The notes beneath the pieces are model-generated. The model had not been told where the DNA came from. It did not search any database and saw only the letters and a list, made by a program, of their open reading frames with translations. 64,000 nt of DNA, taken from the sequence record NC_042100.1. The stretch is one strand, 5' to 3'. This document shows positions 55,978 to 64,000 of this stretch, piece after piece; positions within the stretch are counted from its first letter, which is position 1; each line of letters begins with the position of its first letter. Made by a program: the position numbers and the translations under genes.

Positions 55978-56311
55978 ACGTAATGATCATTTAGATACGG
56001 CAGAAGGTGTGGTGCTAGGAAAGTGGGGAACACGTATTCGAACATTTTGTGGTATCATTGCGGTACTCACGACGTGTTGGGTTTCGTATTCTGGTATGGC
56101 CTCTATTGTCGAGTCAGTGAAAGCTGGTAAAGGTTGGCCTAGTGACATGACGATCTTTTTGTTCGTCTTTGGCCCTGTGGCTATTGCTTGGCAATACATG
56201 AGTGTAAACAAACTGTTATCCCTACTCTTTTCATCCGATGCCCAGAACGCTGTAAAGATCAAAGATCGTTTACGGGGGTTTATTGATCCCGACCCTCCTA
56301 ATAAACCATAA
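55958..56311 (+). CDS. Two-TM membrane protein, candidate holin
   Basis: SD gagg before ATG 55958. Two hydrophobic segments and a charged C-terminus. Confidence 0.5.
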   Translation: MTQKIPERNDHLDTAEGVVLGKWGTRIRTFCGIIAVLTTCWVSYSGMASIVESVKAGKGWPSDMTIFLFVFGPVAIAWQYMSVNKLLSLLFSSDAQNAVKIKDRLRGFIDPDPPNKP

Positions 56312-56317
56312 CCGAAC

Positions 56318-56358
56318 ATAACTCCCTACCCACTGAGGGTAGGGAGTTATTATTGCTT
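56318..56358. terminator. Bidirectional intrinsic terminator
   Basis: 14-bp stem ATAACTCCCTACCC/GGGTAGGGAGTTAT between convergent genes. Confidence 0.8.
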
Positions 56359-56799
56359 TTATTCTTCTTCACTGTCTGGGGGCTTGGAATCCAGTATCGC
56401 GTAAATACGATTCAATGTCTTCAACAATGACTGGATAGTAACCTTAGCCCCATAGAGTTCTTCAGATCTTTGGTCTGAACGATTGGCAAGTTCAATAGTG
56501 TACACTATACTCGCGTAGTGACACTCCCTCGGAACTAAATCACCTTCGCATTTATTAGAACTCAAGAAAGTCTGGAGTGCCAATAACTCACTCGGACTTA
56601 ACTTTGGAGGGTTCTCCTTTAAATAGGGAGGAATGTCTAAGACGCTACTCCTTAATGCACCGACGTTGGCTCGCACGATATCCATCTTAGCAACTTCGGC
56701 GTTGACTTTTAGTTGTGCGCTACCTTCCTGAAAAGAAGGCTTGGTGGAGCAGCCAGTTAATAACATGATCGCCATCACAACAACGACCAATAATCCCAT
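56359..56799 (-). CDS. Lipoprotein, candidate o-spanin
   Basis: MGLLVVVVMAIMLLTGC lipobox from ATG 56799, 1 nt after the upstream stop. Two further Cys residues. Confidence 0.6.
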   Translation of the reverse strand: MGLLVVVVMAIMLLTGCSTKPSFQEGSAQLKVNAEVAKMDIVRANVGALRSSVLDIPPYLKENPPKLSPSELLALQTFLSSNKCEGDLVPRECHYASIVYTIELANRSDQRSEELYGAKVTIQSLLKTLNRIYAILDSKPPDSEEE

Positions 56800-56800
56800 G

Positions 56801-57190
56801 TTAACCTTCAGGCCGAGGGACTTCAGTAACCGGATCGTGCTCCACATCTTTATTAGTGGACCCACTAGGTATTACTCCTTTCATTTCTAATTGATACTCG
56901 TCCATCATGGACTGGTAACTTTCACGACGAACACCTTTTTTCTCTTCGAGAAATCGTTCTAACTCAAGATTACTCCTTTTATTCTCTTCCAATATCACTC
57001 GAGACTCTTTGTTGATTTGTTCAAAGGTCTTCATGATATCTTCTAGCTGAGCAATGGTTTCCTTTGACATACCTTCGTCTTTGTCAAAGAACATACCACC
57101 TAAGTTTGTGAGCAAGGTCAGTAATAACAACCCAACGATTGTACCGAACTGCACCGTTGTCCAAGTCATACGTTTATCTTGATCGGGCAT
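56801..57190 (-). CDS. Single-TM coiled-coil protein, candidate i-spanin
   Basis: N-terminal TM helix (FGTIVGLLLLTLLTNLGGMFF) followed by a heptad coiled coil. Directly upstream of the lipoprotein gene. Confidence 0.55.
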   Translation of the reverse strand: MPDQDKRMTWTTVQFGTIVGLLLLTLLTNLGGMFFDKDEGMSKETIAQLEDIMKTFEQINKESRVILEENKRSNLELERFLEEKKGVRRESYQSMMDEYQLEMKGVIPSGSTNKDVEHDPVTEVPRPEG

Positions 57191-57193
57191 AAT

Positions 57194-58429
57194 TTACATG
57201 TCCTTAAATATCGAGTAAATTTTGAAGTGATAAGCTTCAACACTATGGTGAGGTTCGTACCAGTTGACTTTGTCATGGAACAACCCCCCACCGTTCTCAG
57301 AGCCTGTGGAGTAATCCGTTGAGATATCGATATATCGGACATCGAAGTCTAGTAACCTTCTGCCTGCGCCTAAGCGATGACGGTAAGTAGGGAACCGTCC
57401 GTCAGACAACATCACCGGGTGGTGAAACTGATCTTCAGTCGCAAATGTGGTGGGGAAAGTATAAGTTTCTAGAGGTTCAACATCCACACCCATGTAAGGG
57501 TTGGACATATAGATAATGAAGCTGTTGAAATTAAGCAACAGTTCCTCTATCACATCGGATCGCTCTAAGAGCTCCGCTTCGACAACACCGCTACGGCAAT
57601 TTGCGACATTGTCCAAGTCGATATGCTTAGCTCCCTTGACTAACAAGCGACCTAAGTCTAAAGCACGTAAATCTAGTCGGAAGCTGTGCTTCCCTACTTT
57701 AGTCACAGCTGGGTCACCGCAGATCAATTTACCACCAATGACTAACCACACTGTTTCTTCTAAAATAGGACGATCAACAGTAATGAGTACGGAATGACTC
57801 TTACCATCAATGTCAAGTTGTTCTTTTTCAAACGGAACCGTTTCGATGGAACTGATCCCTTTAAAGTCCAACGCACCCACATGTCCTTTGTCATCAATGC
57901 GGAAGTTACGCCCACCGCCAACTAAGTAGATGCCATCCGGTCTCCCCACACCACGGATAAAGTAACCGTTGTATGTAAACAGCGTAGTCTTAACAAATTC
58001 TTGGTAATTGGGATTCGCTGAAACAATATGTTTCAGTTTAAGGTCAACGGCACCGGCGTTCGTTATTTGAGGCTGACGACCCGCAGCGAAATCCAACCGT
58101 CCCGGTAAGACCACGTAGCCGGCTTGTTGCATGTCCTCCATACGGACGTAGTTATAGGTTTCTCCGATCTTACCTAAGTAAACCTTTAATGGGATGCGCT
58201 CTTTTGTATCTAACCAGTCTTGGATGCTACCGTGGAAGTATAAAGCTTCACTTCTATATTCCCCCATGTCTACGGTGATTTCTTTTAATAACAATGCGTC
58301 GTAAACAGTGATGAACAAAGCACGAGTTTTTTCCATTACCGAGCTTAACTTAGCGTTTTCGATTTTAAGTGGCTGTAGACCCGCCAAGTCCCCTTGGTAG
58401 GCACCAATACAGCGTCGGTACAGATACAT
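57194..58429 (-). CDS. Virion structural protein (phiKZ gp130-like position)
   Basis: 411 aa. TTLFTYNGYF and VWLVIGGKL motifs. Divergent from the tail-fibre genes. Confidence 0.6.
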   Translation of the reverse strand: MYLYRRCIGAYQGDLAGLQPLKIENAKLSSVMEKTRALFITVYDALLLKEITVDMGEYRSEALYFHGSIQDWLDTKERIPLKVYLGKIGETYNYVRMEDMQQAGYVVLPGRLDFAAGRQPQITNAGAVDLKLKHIVSANPNYQEFVKTTLFTYNGYFIRGVGRPDGIYLVGGGRNFRIDDKGHVGALDFKGISSIETVPFEKEQLDIDGKSHSVLITVDRPILEETVWLVIGGKLICGDPAVTKVGKHSFRLDLRALDLGRLLVKGAKHIDLDNVANCRSGVVEAELLERSDVIEELLLNFNSFIIYMSNPYMGVDVEPLETYTFPTTFATEDQFHHPVMLSDGRFPTYRHRLGAGRRLLDFDVRYIDISTDYSTGSENGGGLFHDKVNWYEPHHSVEAYHFKIYSIFKDM

Positions 58430-58507
58430 TATACAAATCTCCTTGGTGAATTCTATAGAATCGTTACGTTACTTGTGCGATTTGACACTAACATAAGGCC
58501 TTTTGTT

Positions 58508-60649
58508 ATGAGTTACATCATCCACCCTTGGAACCCTTTTGGGGACAATGAACAGAGTGTGGTGTACAACGAAACGATCAGTGCGTTAGGTGAGGAACGT
58601 AGTTTATTAGTTCCTCGTTACGGCCCGTTCTTTGAGAAAGATCTCGTTCTTAAAGATGCGCAAACGGGTGTCGAACTAAAGCCGGGTCGAGACTTCGTTT
58701 TCAGTTACCCATTCGACGAATTCATTAAATATTACAATCGAACTGTTTTCGGTGGCATCACTCTATTAGATAGTGGTCGTAACCGACAGCTCGTTCTTGA
58801 GAAATACAAAACCGTTGGTGAACCGTTCACACAGAATGACCAAGAGTTCATTCGTCTGACGTCAACGATCATTCATTCGGAACGTATTGCGGACTGGAGT
58901 CAGGTAGTTAACCTACCTATGGAAGGGTTCCCTTCTGACCCACACCAACACGAACCGGACTTAACCTACAACTATCATAAATTCATCGAAGTGATGAAAG
59001 CGATAGATGCAGCACAGCGCAACGAGTTCAACAACCCTACCGTTGCTTCTCAGCTGGCTGAACACGTTTCCCAAGCTTTTAAGTTAACCCACCCTAACGC
59101 AACAGCCGCGGATTTCAATCTAGGTAACGTGGAAGACTTCGGTGTCGCTACCGAATCTGACTTACAAGGTAATTCCGATCAACTGTATTTGACTTTAGCT
59201 AAAGGTCGATTACTGACGGAAAACATCTTGAAAGATCTGAATCTCTACCCAGATCAAACACCCACAGAACCGGGTAGTGATGACCCACTACATCAACCGC
59301 TATCTTTAGCTAAAGCGTTGGAGTTGTTTGTAGGGAAGAAAGACGATCTTGCTGAAATTGCTAGTCGTGGTAAGGCCGCTCGTCGTAATGCTCGTAATAA
59401 CCTTGGTCTAGGGGATGCGGCAACCGCGACCATCGAACAAACCATCGGTGATGGCCTTAAGGCTTTGATGTCACAAAAAGCGATCTCTGACGCTTTAGCC
59501 AAGCTAGTTCCTCAAACCCGAACGATCAACGGAATGCCGTTAACCAAAGATATCACTATTGATGTCAACGATAACGATTCTTACTCTAGAACGGAAACCG
59601 ATAACTTACTAAACAAAAAGTTTGATAAGACTTCGGTGAGTCAGAGTACGGGTACGAGTTCGGTTGCGGTAATGTCTCAGAAAGTGACGACCGATGAATT
59701 GAACAAACGAGTGCCAAACACTCGTAAAGTGAACGGCAAGCCATTATCGTCTGATGTTTCTTTATCGCCGGGTGATGTGGGGGCGTACACTAAAACTCAA
59801 GTCAATGACTTGGTCAATGGTCGTGTGCCTAATGGTCGTACGGTCAATGGTAAAGCCCTGAGTTCAAATATCTCTTTGAGCGCGGCGGATGTCGGTGCTT
59901 ATACCAAGTCTGAAGTCAACAGTCGTTTAGATGACAAGTTTGATAAATCTCGTTTGACCAGCAGTACGGGTGGCAGTACGTCTTATGCGATGACTCAAAA
60001 AGGTGTGACTGACCAACTCAATACCAAAGTTCCTACTTCTCGTACGATTAATGGTAAAGCACTTACAGGTAACATCTCTCTGAGTGCAGCTAATGTGGGT
60101 GCTTATACTAAGGCAGAGACCGATTACCGTCTCAACCTTCGTTTAGAGAAAAACAAAATCTCACAAGGCCAAGGTAATAATGCTGCCTATGTGATGTCCC
60201 AGAAAGCAGTAACTGACGGGCTGAATAGTAAAGTTCCAACGTCACGCACGATTAATGGGAAGGCGTTAACGGGTAACATCTCTTTGAGTGCGTCTGACAT
60301 CGGACTGGGTTCGGTTGAAAACAAACGTTGGGTCAAGGTAAAGGACGCTTCAGTGAGTTTCAACCTTCGTAATGGTTACCGTGTTTACACGGGTGAAGTC
60401 GATACCGGTCTACGTCTCCCTTATCAAGATGGTCGTCGTTTTGATAAAGATCGTTTCCGTGTTATCCCAGAGACCATAGGTAACATTACGTCCAGCAACG
60501 CTAACGCTTGTTGGTGGGGTGTTGACTATGAGGTCGTTCTGAAACAGTACTGGAATAAGGGTCATCAAATCTGGGTCAAGTTTTACGGTTCAGGTGCGTA
60601 TATCTCTTCCGGTAAGATCAGTGGTTACGAGCTGTACGAGTGGAAATAA
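58508..60649 (+). CDS. Tail fibre protein (phiKZ gp131-family N-terminal adaptor plus fibre repeats)
   Basis: Start ATG 58508 (MSYIIHPWNPFG). LVPRYGPFF...WSQVVNLP..FP..PHQH adaptor. Repeated VP..R.(I/V)NGK.L...I.L units. Confidence 0.8.
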   Translation: MSYIIHPWNPFGDNEQSVVYNETISALGEERSLLVPRYGPFFEKDLVLKDAQTGVELKPGRDFVFSYPFDEFIKYYNRTVFGGITLLDSGRNRQLVLEKYKTVGEPFTQNDQEFIRLTSTIIHSERIADWSQVVNLPMEGFPSDPHQHEPDLTYNYHKFIEVMKAIDAAQRNEFNNPTVASQLAEHVSQAFKLTHPNATAADFNLGNVEDFGVATESDLQGNSDQLYLTLAKGRLLTENILKDLNLYPDQTPTEPGSDDPLHQPLSLAKALELFVGKKDDLAEIASRGKAARRNARNNLGLGDAATATIEQTIGDGLKALMSQKAISDALAKLVPQTRTINGMPLTKDITIDVNDNDSYSRTETDNLLNKKFDKTSVSQSTGTSSVAVMSQKVTTDELNKRVPNTRKVNGKPLSSDVSLSPGDVGAYTKTQVNDLVNGRVPNGRTVNGKALSSNISLSAADVGAYTKSEVNSRLDDKFDKSRLTSSTGGSTSYAMTQKGVTDQLNTKVPTSRTINGKALTGNISLSAANVGAYTKAETDYRLNLRLEKNKISQGQGNNAAYVMSQKAVTDGLNSKVPTSRTINGKALTGNISLSASDIGLGSVENKRWVKVKDASVSFNLRNGYRVYTGEVDTGLRLPYQDGRRFDKDRFRVIPETIGNITSSNANACWWGVDYEVVLKQYWNKGHQIWVKFYGSGAYISSGKISGYELYEWK
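59435..60321 (+). repeat. Intragenic tail-fibre repeats
   Basis: Five VP-x2-R-x-(I/V)NG-x2-L-x3-(I/V)-x-(L/I) units and four Q/S-x2-G-x6-M(S/T)QK-x2-(T/S)D units. Confidence 0.85.
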
Positions 60650-60663
60650 TACTTCCTTAGTTA

Positions 60664-60700
60664 ATAATCCAGAGGTCCGTAGGGATCTCTGGATTATATT
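60664..60700 (+). terminator. Hairpin / terminator
   Basis: 15-bp stem ATAATCCAGAGGTCC/GGATCTCTGGATTAT. Confidence 0.65.
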
Positions 60701-60769
60701 ACGGTAGAACGAATTTTATGATTCATTAACTTCTAGGGTAATAACCCGGAACTTATTAAAGGACGGAAT

Positions 60770-63700
60770 ATGAACCTCCCCGAGATTAAACAATATCGGT
60801 TTGATGTAAGAGGGTCGGCGAGAGAGAACTTAGTTCCTCGAGAGTTGATCCCTGCCAGTGATGAACGCAGTGCTAAGATCGTGGTCCCTAGACACGCACC
60901 TTTTTTCATTGAGTCAGTTCACGTTTACATCGCCGGTCAAACGGTTCCCCTTAACTTAGGTGAGCACTATGACTTCGTGAGCATTGATCACGAGTTATCC
61001 GAATACTGCGGTAACCGAGTGAGTTGGGTGATCCGTAAACTCAAAGACAACCTACCAGACTTAGAGATCACCTATCAAACGTTAGGTTCCATTCCAGCGT
61101 TAACCGCGACCACGAAGTACTGGTATGAAGCGGCAGCGTTAGACCAACGTCCTGTGTGGTTCGATCAGCTATTAAACAAACCAAGTCACTACATGCCAAT
61201 GTTACACGGCCATGATCTAGCACAAGGTTTCTTTAATTTCTCACGTCTTATTGAAGTTTACGAAGATCGATATGAAACACTATTTGGTCAAGATGCTTTA
61301 GTGCCTTATCGTGATTGGTTTATTGCTCAGCTCAATAACCTTAAATCGTACGTACAACCTTACAGAACGCTTTTGGAGCGTTACACTGACAATCACATTG
61401 AGCATCAACGAGATCCTCATGGAACGCGTTCTAGGGCGGTTCCCGGGTTAGATCAAATCGATGAAGTGAAAACCGCTTCACATTTGGACATCGAAGCTGG
61501 AAACAATGATCGTCTACGAGTTGTTGCAGCTCAAGCTCACGACCTCATTAATAAAGTCGGACCTAATCCTAAAGATCACGTACCTCCAACGATTGTTGGT
61601 GATTATGGTCAACACCTACTACCGTTAGACGGTAGTCCTTCTCCAATTCCGAAAACAACACTTACCGTTGGTGTTAAGGATTTGATGGTCAACGCTTACG
61701 TGGATAGACTAGGAGTAGGTCGAGGTCAACAACTCTTCACGGGTAACGATAAAGACGTAGTTAACAATATCTTTAACCCGAATCCAATCAGTGATGACCG
61801 TAACCCGAATGACAACGTTTGGATTAACGAACACATTGATGCCGGATATGATTTGTTTGTGGCAGGCGGTAACCGTGAAGCTCGATTAATGTACAACGCT
61901 TCCGGGAACTACTGGGACTTGATTATAGATCCAATCAATCCAACGGATTACAAAACACAACCCGATACCAAAATACGAGTAACCGGGGACATGAGTGATG
62001 TCAAACGATACATTAGAGAATGGCGTCTAATCCATACCGAAGGTGCAGTGCATTTGATTCGTACTGTTGACCATGAGACCCGCCCTACAGTTCATTGGAA
62101 AACAATCACCTACCGTTCAGAACACGGTAACGTTGGTGTGGTACGTTCGTACACGTTCAAATACAAAACCATCAACGATGGGACGAACTACACTGAACAA
62201 GGTCGAGTGATTTTGTTTCCTCGAGGATTCAGTTCCGGTCGTTATGCCAACGGGGACTTGGTGTTTTCCGACCCAGTGGAGTTGGTTCGTGAAGACAATC
62301 AGATCTTGATTCTTCCTGCGGTAGTGGAGGACGCGCTCTATATGGAGTTCTTACTCCCTGAGACGTTCCGACATAAAGGGGAATTGCGCCGTTATGTTCA
62401 CTCTCATATGGCGGAAGTAAATCTGGACCATAGTAAAGCGGAAATGACATTGACGTGGACCGACACTCGACCTCGTCCTTATGTTGTAACTGATTCATTG
62501 TTTTCTAAGACACCCGATGCGAATAACTACTTTGAGCAAGTTGCGGTCCCTTTCCCTAGTGAGTTAACCAGTCGACGTGCAACTTTAGTTCAAATGTCTC
62601 AAGAAGGATTCTTCGGATTTGGGTATAAAGAGAACTCCCTTGGTGAAATGTTTGCAGTACGCATTACCCCCGGTGAATACTCTATTGATCATACTGGTCG
62701 TAAATGGCATTTGGCGGACACGGGTGAATGGGCAGTTAACCGAGTGGGTGGAGCTTCTCCTATTAACCACGATCACATCGACGTAGGACACCTCCCTCCT
62801 ATGAATCCTTACATGGGGGTTTGGGCTGAGTCTAATGTTCGTAACCGTTACGGTATCGTGAAGGGCATCCATCCTGAGCACGGCATGGGTTTCTTTTACA
62901 AGAACTTGTACGGCGGAGTTAACTTACAAACGATCGCCGGGTCGGAAGTCAGAACCAGTTTACCTCTGGACAACATCGAATACGTGCAGGGTTTACACCC
63001 AAGTCGCTGGATTGGTACGGTGCTGGATGAATCAGAACGTGAATCTGAATTTTGTTGGCAAGTGGCTTCTTCCGACGGTGTTGATCGCTGTGTTCCTTAT
63101 CAAGTGGGATTCAGTGGTTCTCAGTTCACGGTAATCCACTACGTTAAAGTTTCTGATGAATGGTTAGCTGGACTTGGAGTCACCGAAAACGACCATTGGA
63201 CTCTACTATTGGGTAGACCACACGATCTTCCAGACTTGTTGTTCATTACTCGAGTACAAGCCGGGTTAATTAAAACCACGGTTAAAGTACTTCGTGTGTC
63301 GGACGAAGTCTTGGGTCGTGTTGACGGCATGCACGATCATACTACGATGACCACACTAGGTGCGGATGACGTACCAACGATCATTGACGAACGAACAACG
63401 TCACATCCTTCCCCCGCTCATGTCGTAAAGGAAAAGATTGGTCATCCTAACCCTTCCATGGACACTAATGTGATTAACGTTCTGATGGGAGTGAGTGGTC
63501 GCACTACGTTCAACTTGCACCCTAACAACCGATTTGGGAATGAATCCCATCAACTGACTTATCCGTTTTCGTTGGTGTTAAATCAGAGTAATGACACGAT
63601 CGCCTTCTTTGAAGATGAGATTAAAGACGGCTGTGTGGGGTTGTCTCCTGATTTAGGTTGGGTTCGTACCTCAAACAAAGCACAGCGTATGTGTGGAGGT

Positions 63701-64000
63701 ATGGTTAATGCCGGTCAACAACTAGGGAGTGGTTATCAAGTTAACCCAAGTTACATTCCGGTTTACCCGGGTCTAGTGGGGATGTTTAATATCGTTCCTG
63801 AGAACCGTCACAAGGTTTACTTACCCATCCCTATGGACGTTCAAGTGGAGAATCATCTGTTCCGCGTTCGTGGTTTGGTTTACGATACGAAACAACTCAT
63901 TGTCCCCGGGAGTACCCAACGTCATCATCTTGGTGTTGTTAACGACCCTCTAGGTCCTTACTTAGAAGTAGACAGCTACACAACCGTAGACGAGGGTTGG
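60770..64000 (+). CDS. 3'-truncated large tail fibre/tail protein (at least 1077 aa), absent from the ORF track
   Basis: SD aagga, then ATG 60770: MNLPEIKQYRFDVRGSARENLV...IVVPRHAPFF...VWFDQLLNKPSHYMPMLHGHD. Same adaptor family as 58508. The track omits it, consistent with no in-frame stop before the window end. Confidence 0.8.
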   Translation, partial: MNLPEIKQYRFDVRGSARENLVPRELIPASDERSAKIVVPRHAPFFIESVHVYIAGQTVPLNLGEHYDFVSIDHELSEYCGNRVSWVIRKLKDNLPDLEITYQTLGSIPALTATTKYWYEAAALDQRPVWFDQLLNKPSHYMPMLHGHDLAQGFFNFSRLIEVYEDRYETLFGQDALVPYRDWFIAQLNNLKSYVQPYRTLLERYTDNHIEHQRDPHGTRSRAVPGLDQIDEVKTASHLDIEAGNNDRLRVVAAQAHDLINKVGPNPKDHVPPTIVGDYGQHLLPLDGSPSPIPKTTLTVGVKDLMVNAYVDRLGVGRGQQLFTGNDKDVVNNIFNPNPISDDRNPNDNVWINEHIDAGYDLFVAGGNREARLMYNASGNYWDLIIDPINPTDYKTQPDTKIRVTGDMSDVKRYIREWRLIHTEGAVHLIRTVDHETRPTVHWKTITYRSEHGNVGVVRSYTFKYKTINDGTNYTEQGRVILFPRGFSSGRYANGDLVFSDPVELVREDNQILILPAVVEDALYMEFLLPETFRHKGELRRYVHSHMAEVNLDHSKAEMTLTWTDTRPRPYVVTDSLFSKTPDANNYFEQVAVPFPSELTSRRATLVQMSQEGFFGFGYKENSLGEMFAVRITPGEYSIDHTGRKWHLADTGEWAVNRVGGASPINHDHIDVGHLPPMNPYMGVWAESNVRNRYGIVKGIHPEHGMGFFYKNLYGGVNLQTIAGSEVRTSLPLDNIEYVQGLHPSRWIGTVLDESERESEFCWQVASSDGVDRCVPYQVGFSGSQFTVIHYVKVSDEWLAGLGVTENDHWTLLLGRPHDLPDLLFITRVQAGLIKTTVKVLRVSDEVLGRVDGMHDHTTMTTLGADDVPTIIDERTTSHPSPAHVVKEKIGHPNPSMDTNVINVLMGVSGRTTFNLHPNNRFGNESHQLTYPFSLVLNQSNDTIAFFEDEIKDGCVGLSPDLGWVRTSNKAQRMCGGMVNAGQQLGSGYQVNPSYIPVYPGLVGMFNIVPENRHKVYLPIPMDVQVENHLFRVRGLVYDTKQLIVPGSTQRHHLGVVNDPLGPYLEVDSYTTVDEGW

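Noticed and set aside
58394-58507. Track's extended start for the tail fibre, overlapping the divergent gene
   Set aside because: Family-like sequence begins at ATG 58508 (MSYIIHPWNPFG). The upstream part overlaps the start of the - strand gene.
60695-60702. Exact TATATTAC upstream of the last fibre gene
   Set aside because: It lacks the upstream TTTCA-like block and downstream TnnGTG of the four copies, overlaps a terminator arm, and precedes a late structural gene.
938-63330. Numerous 60-115 aa ORFs nested in or antisense to long genes (e.g. 938-1288, 14556-14879, 40586-40960, 46498-46812, 62229-62498, 62585-62881, 63139-63330)
   Set aside because: They overlap well-supported genes almost entirely and show no SD, coupling or recognisable motifs. 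This is expected from codon bias.
58508-64000. Diversity-generating retroelement or invertible cassette acting on the fibres
   Set aside because: No reverse transcriptase, recombinase, template/variable repeat pair or flanking inverted repeats were seen in the window.

Overview
This window is 64 kb of a phiKZ-like (Chimalliviridae-type) jumbo myophage genome. The host is probably Vibrio or a relative, inferred only from the CTA/CTT/GCT-rich codon usage of the highly expressed genes. Gene order follows the phiKZ gp8x-gp13x block. It starts with baseplate/tube-like genes (3.2-7.2 kb) and inner-head proteins. These are followed by an expanded tandem array of phiKZ_IP-like internal head protein paralogs carrying G-x-E protease sites (9.8-22.5 kb) and tail/baseplate genes (22.5-27.5 kb). 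An accessory island of uncharacterised early-type genes (27.6-35.9 kb) comes next, then a DnaB-like helicase, the major capsid protein and a non-virion RNAP beta-like subunit. The end holds the portal, RuvC, a candidate holin/spanin cluster and two tail-fibre genes, the last running off the window and absent from the ORF track. No tRNA, rRNA, CRISPR array, integrase, intron or intein was recognised. Most notable unexplained features: (1) a non-coding element at 30.03-30.20 kb with a G-tract, an AT-rich stretch, two 12-bp direct repeats and nested hairpins with C-GNA-G triloops; (2) a four-copy early-promoter-like motif embedded in inverted repeats; (3) six tandem head paralogs with a four-site cleavable propeptide, a conserved helical frame and a hypervariable core; (4) a chain of overlapping hairpins at 15.81-15.91 kb inside that array. 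All homology calls come from motif recognition and recalled synteny, not from database searches.
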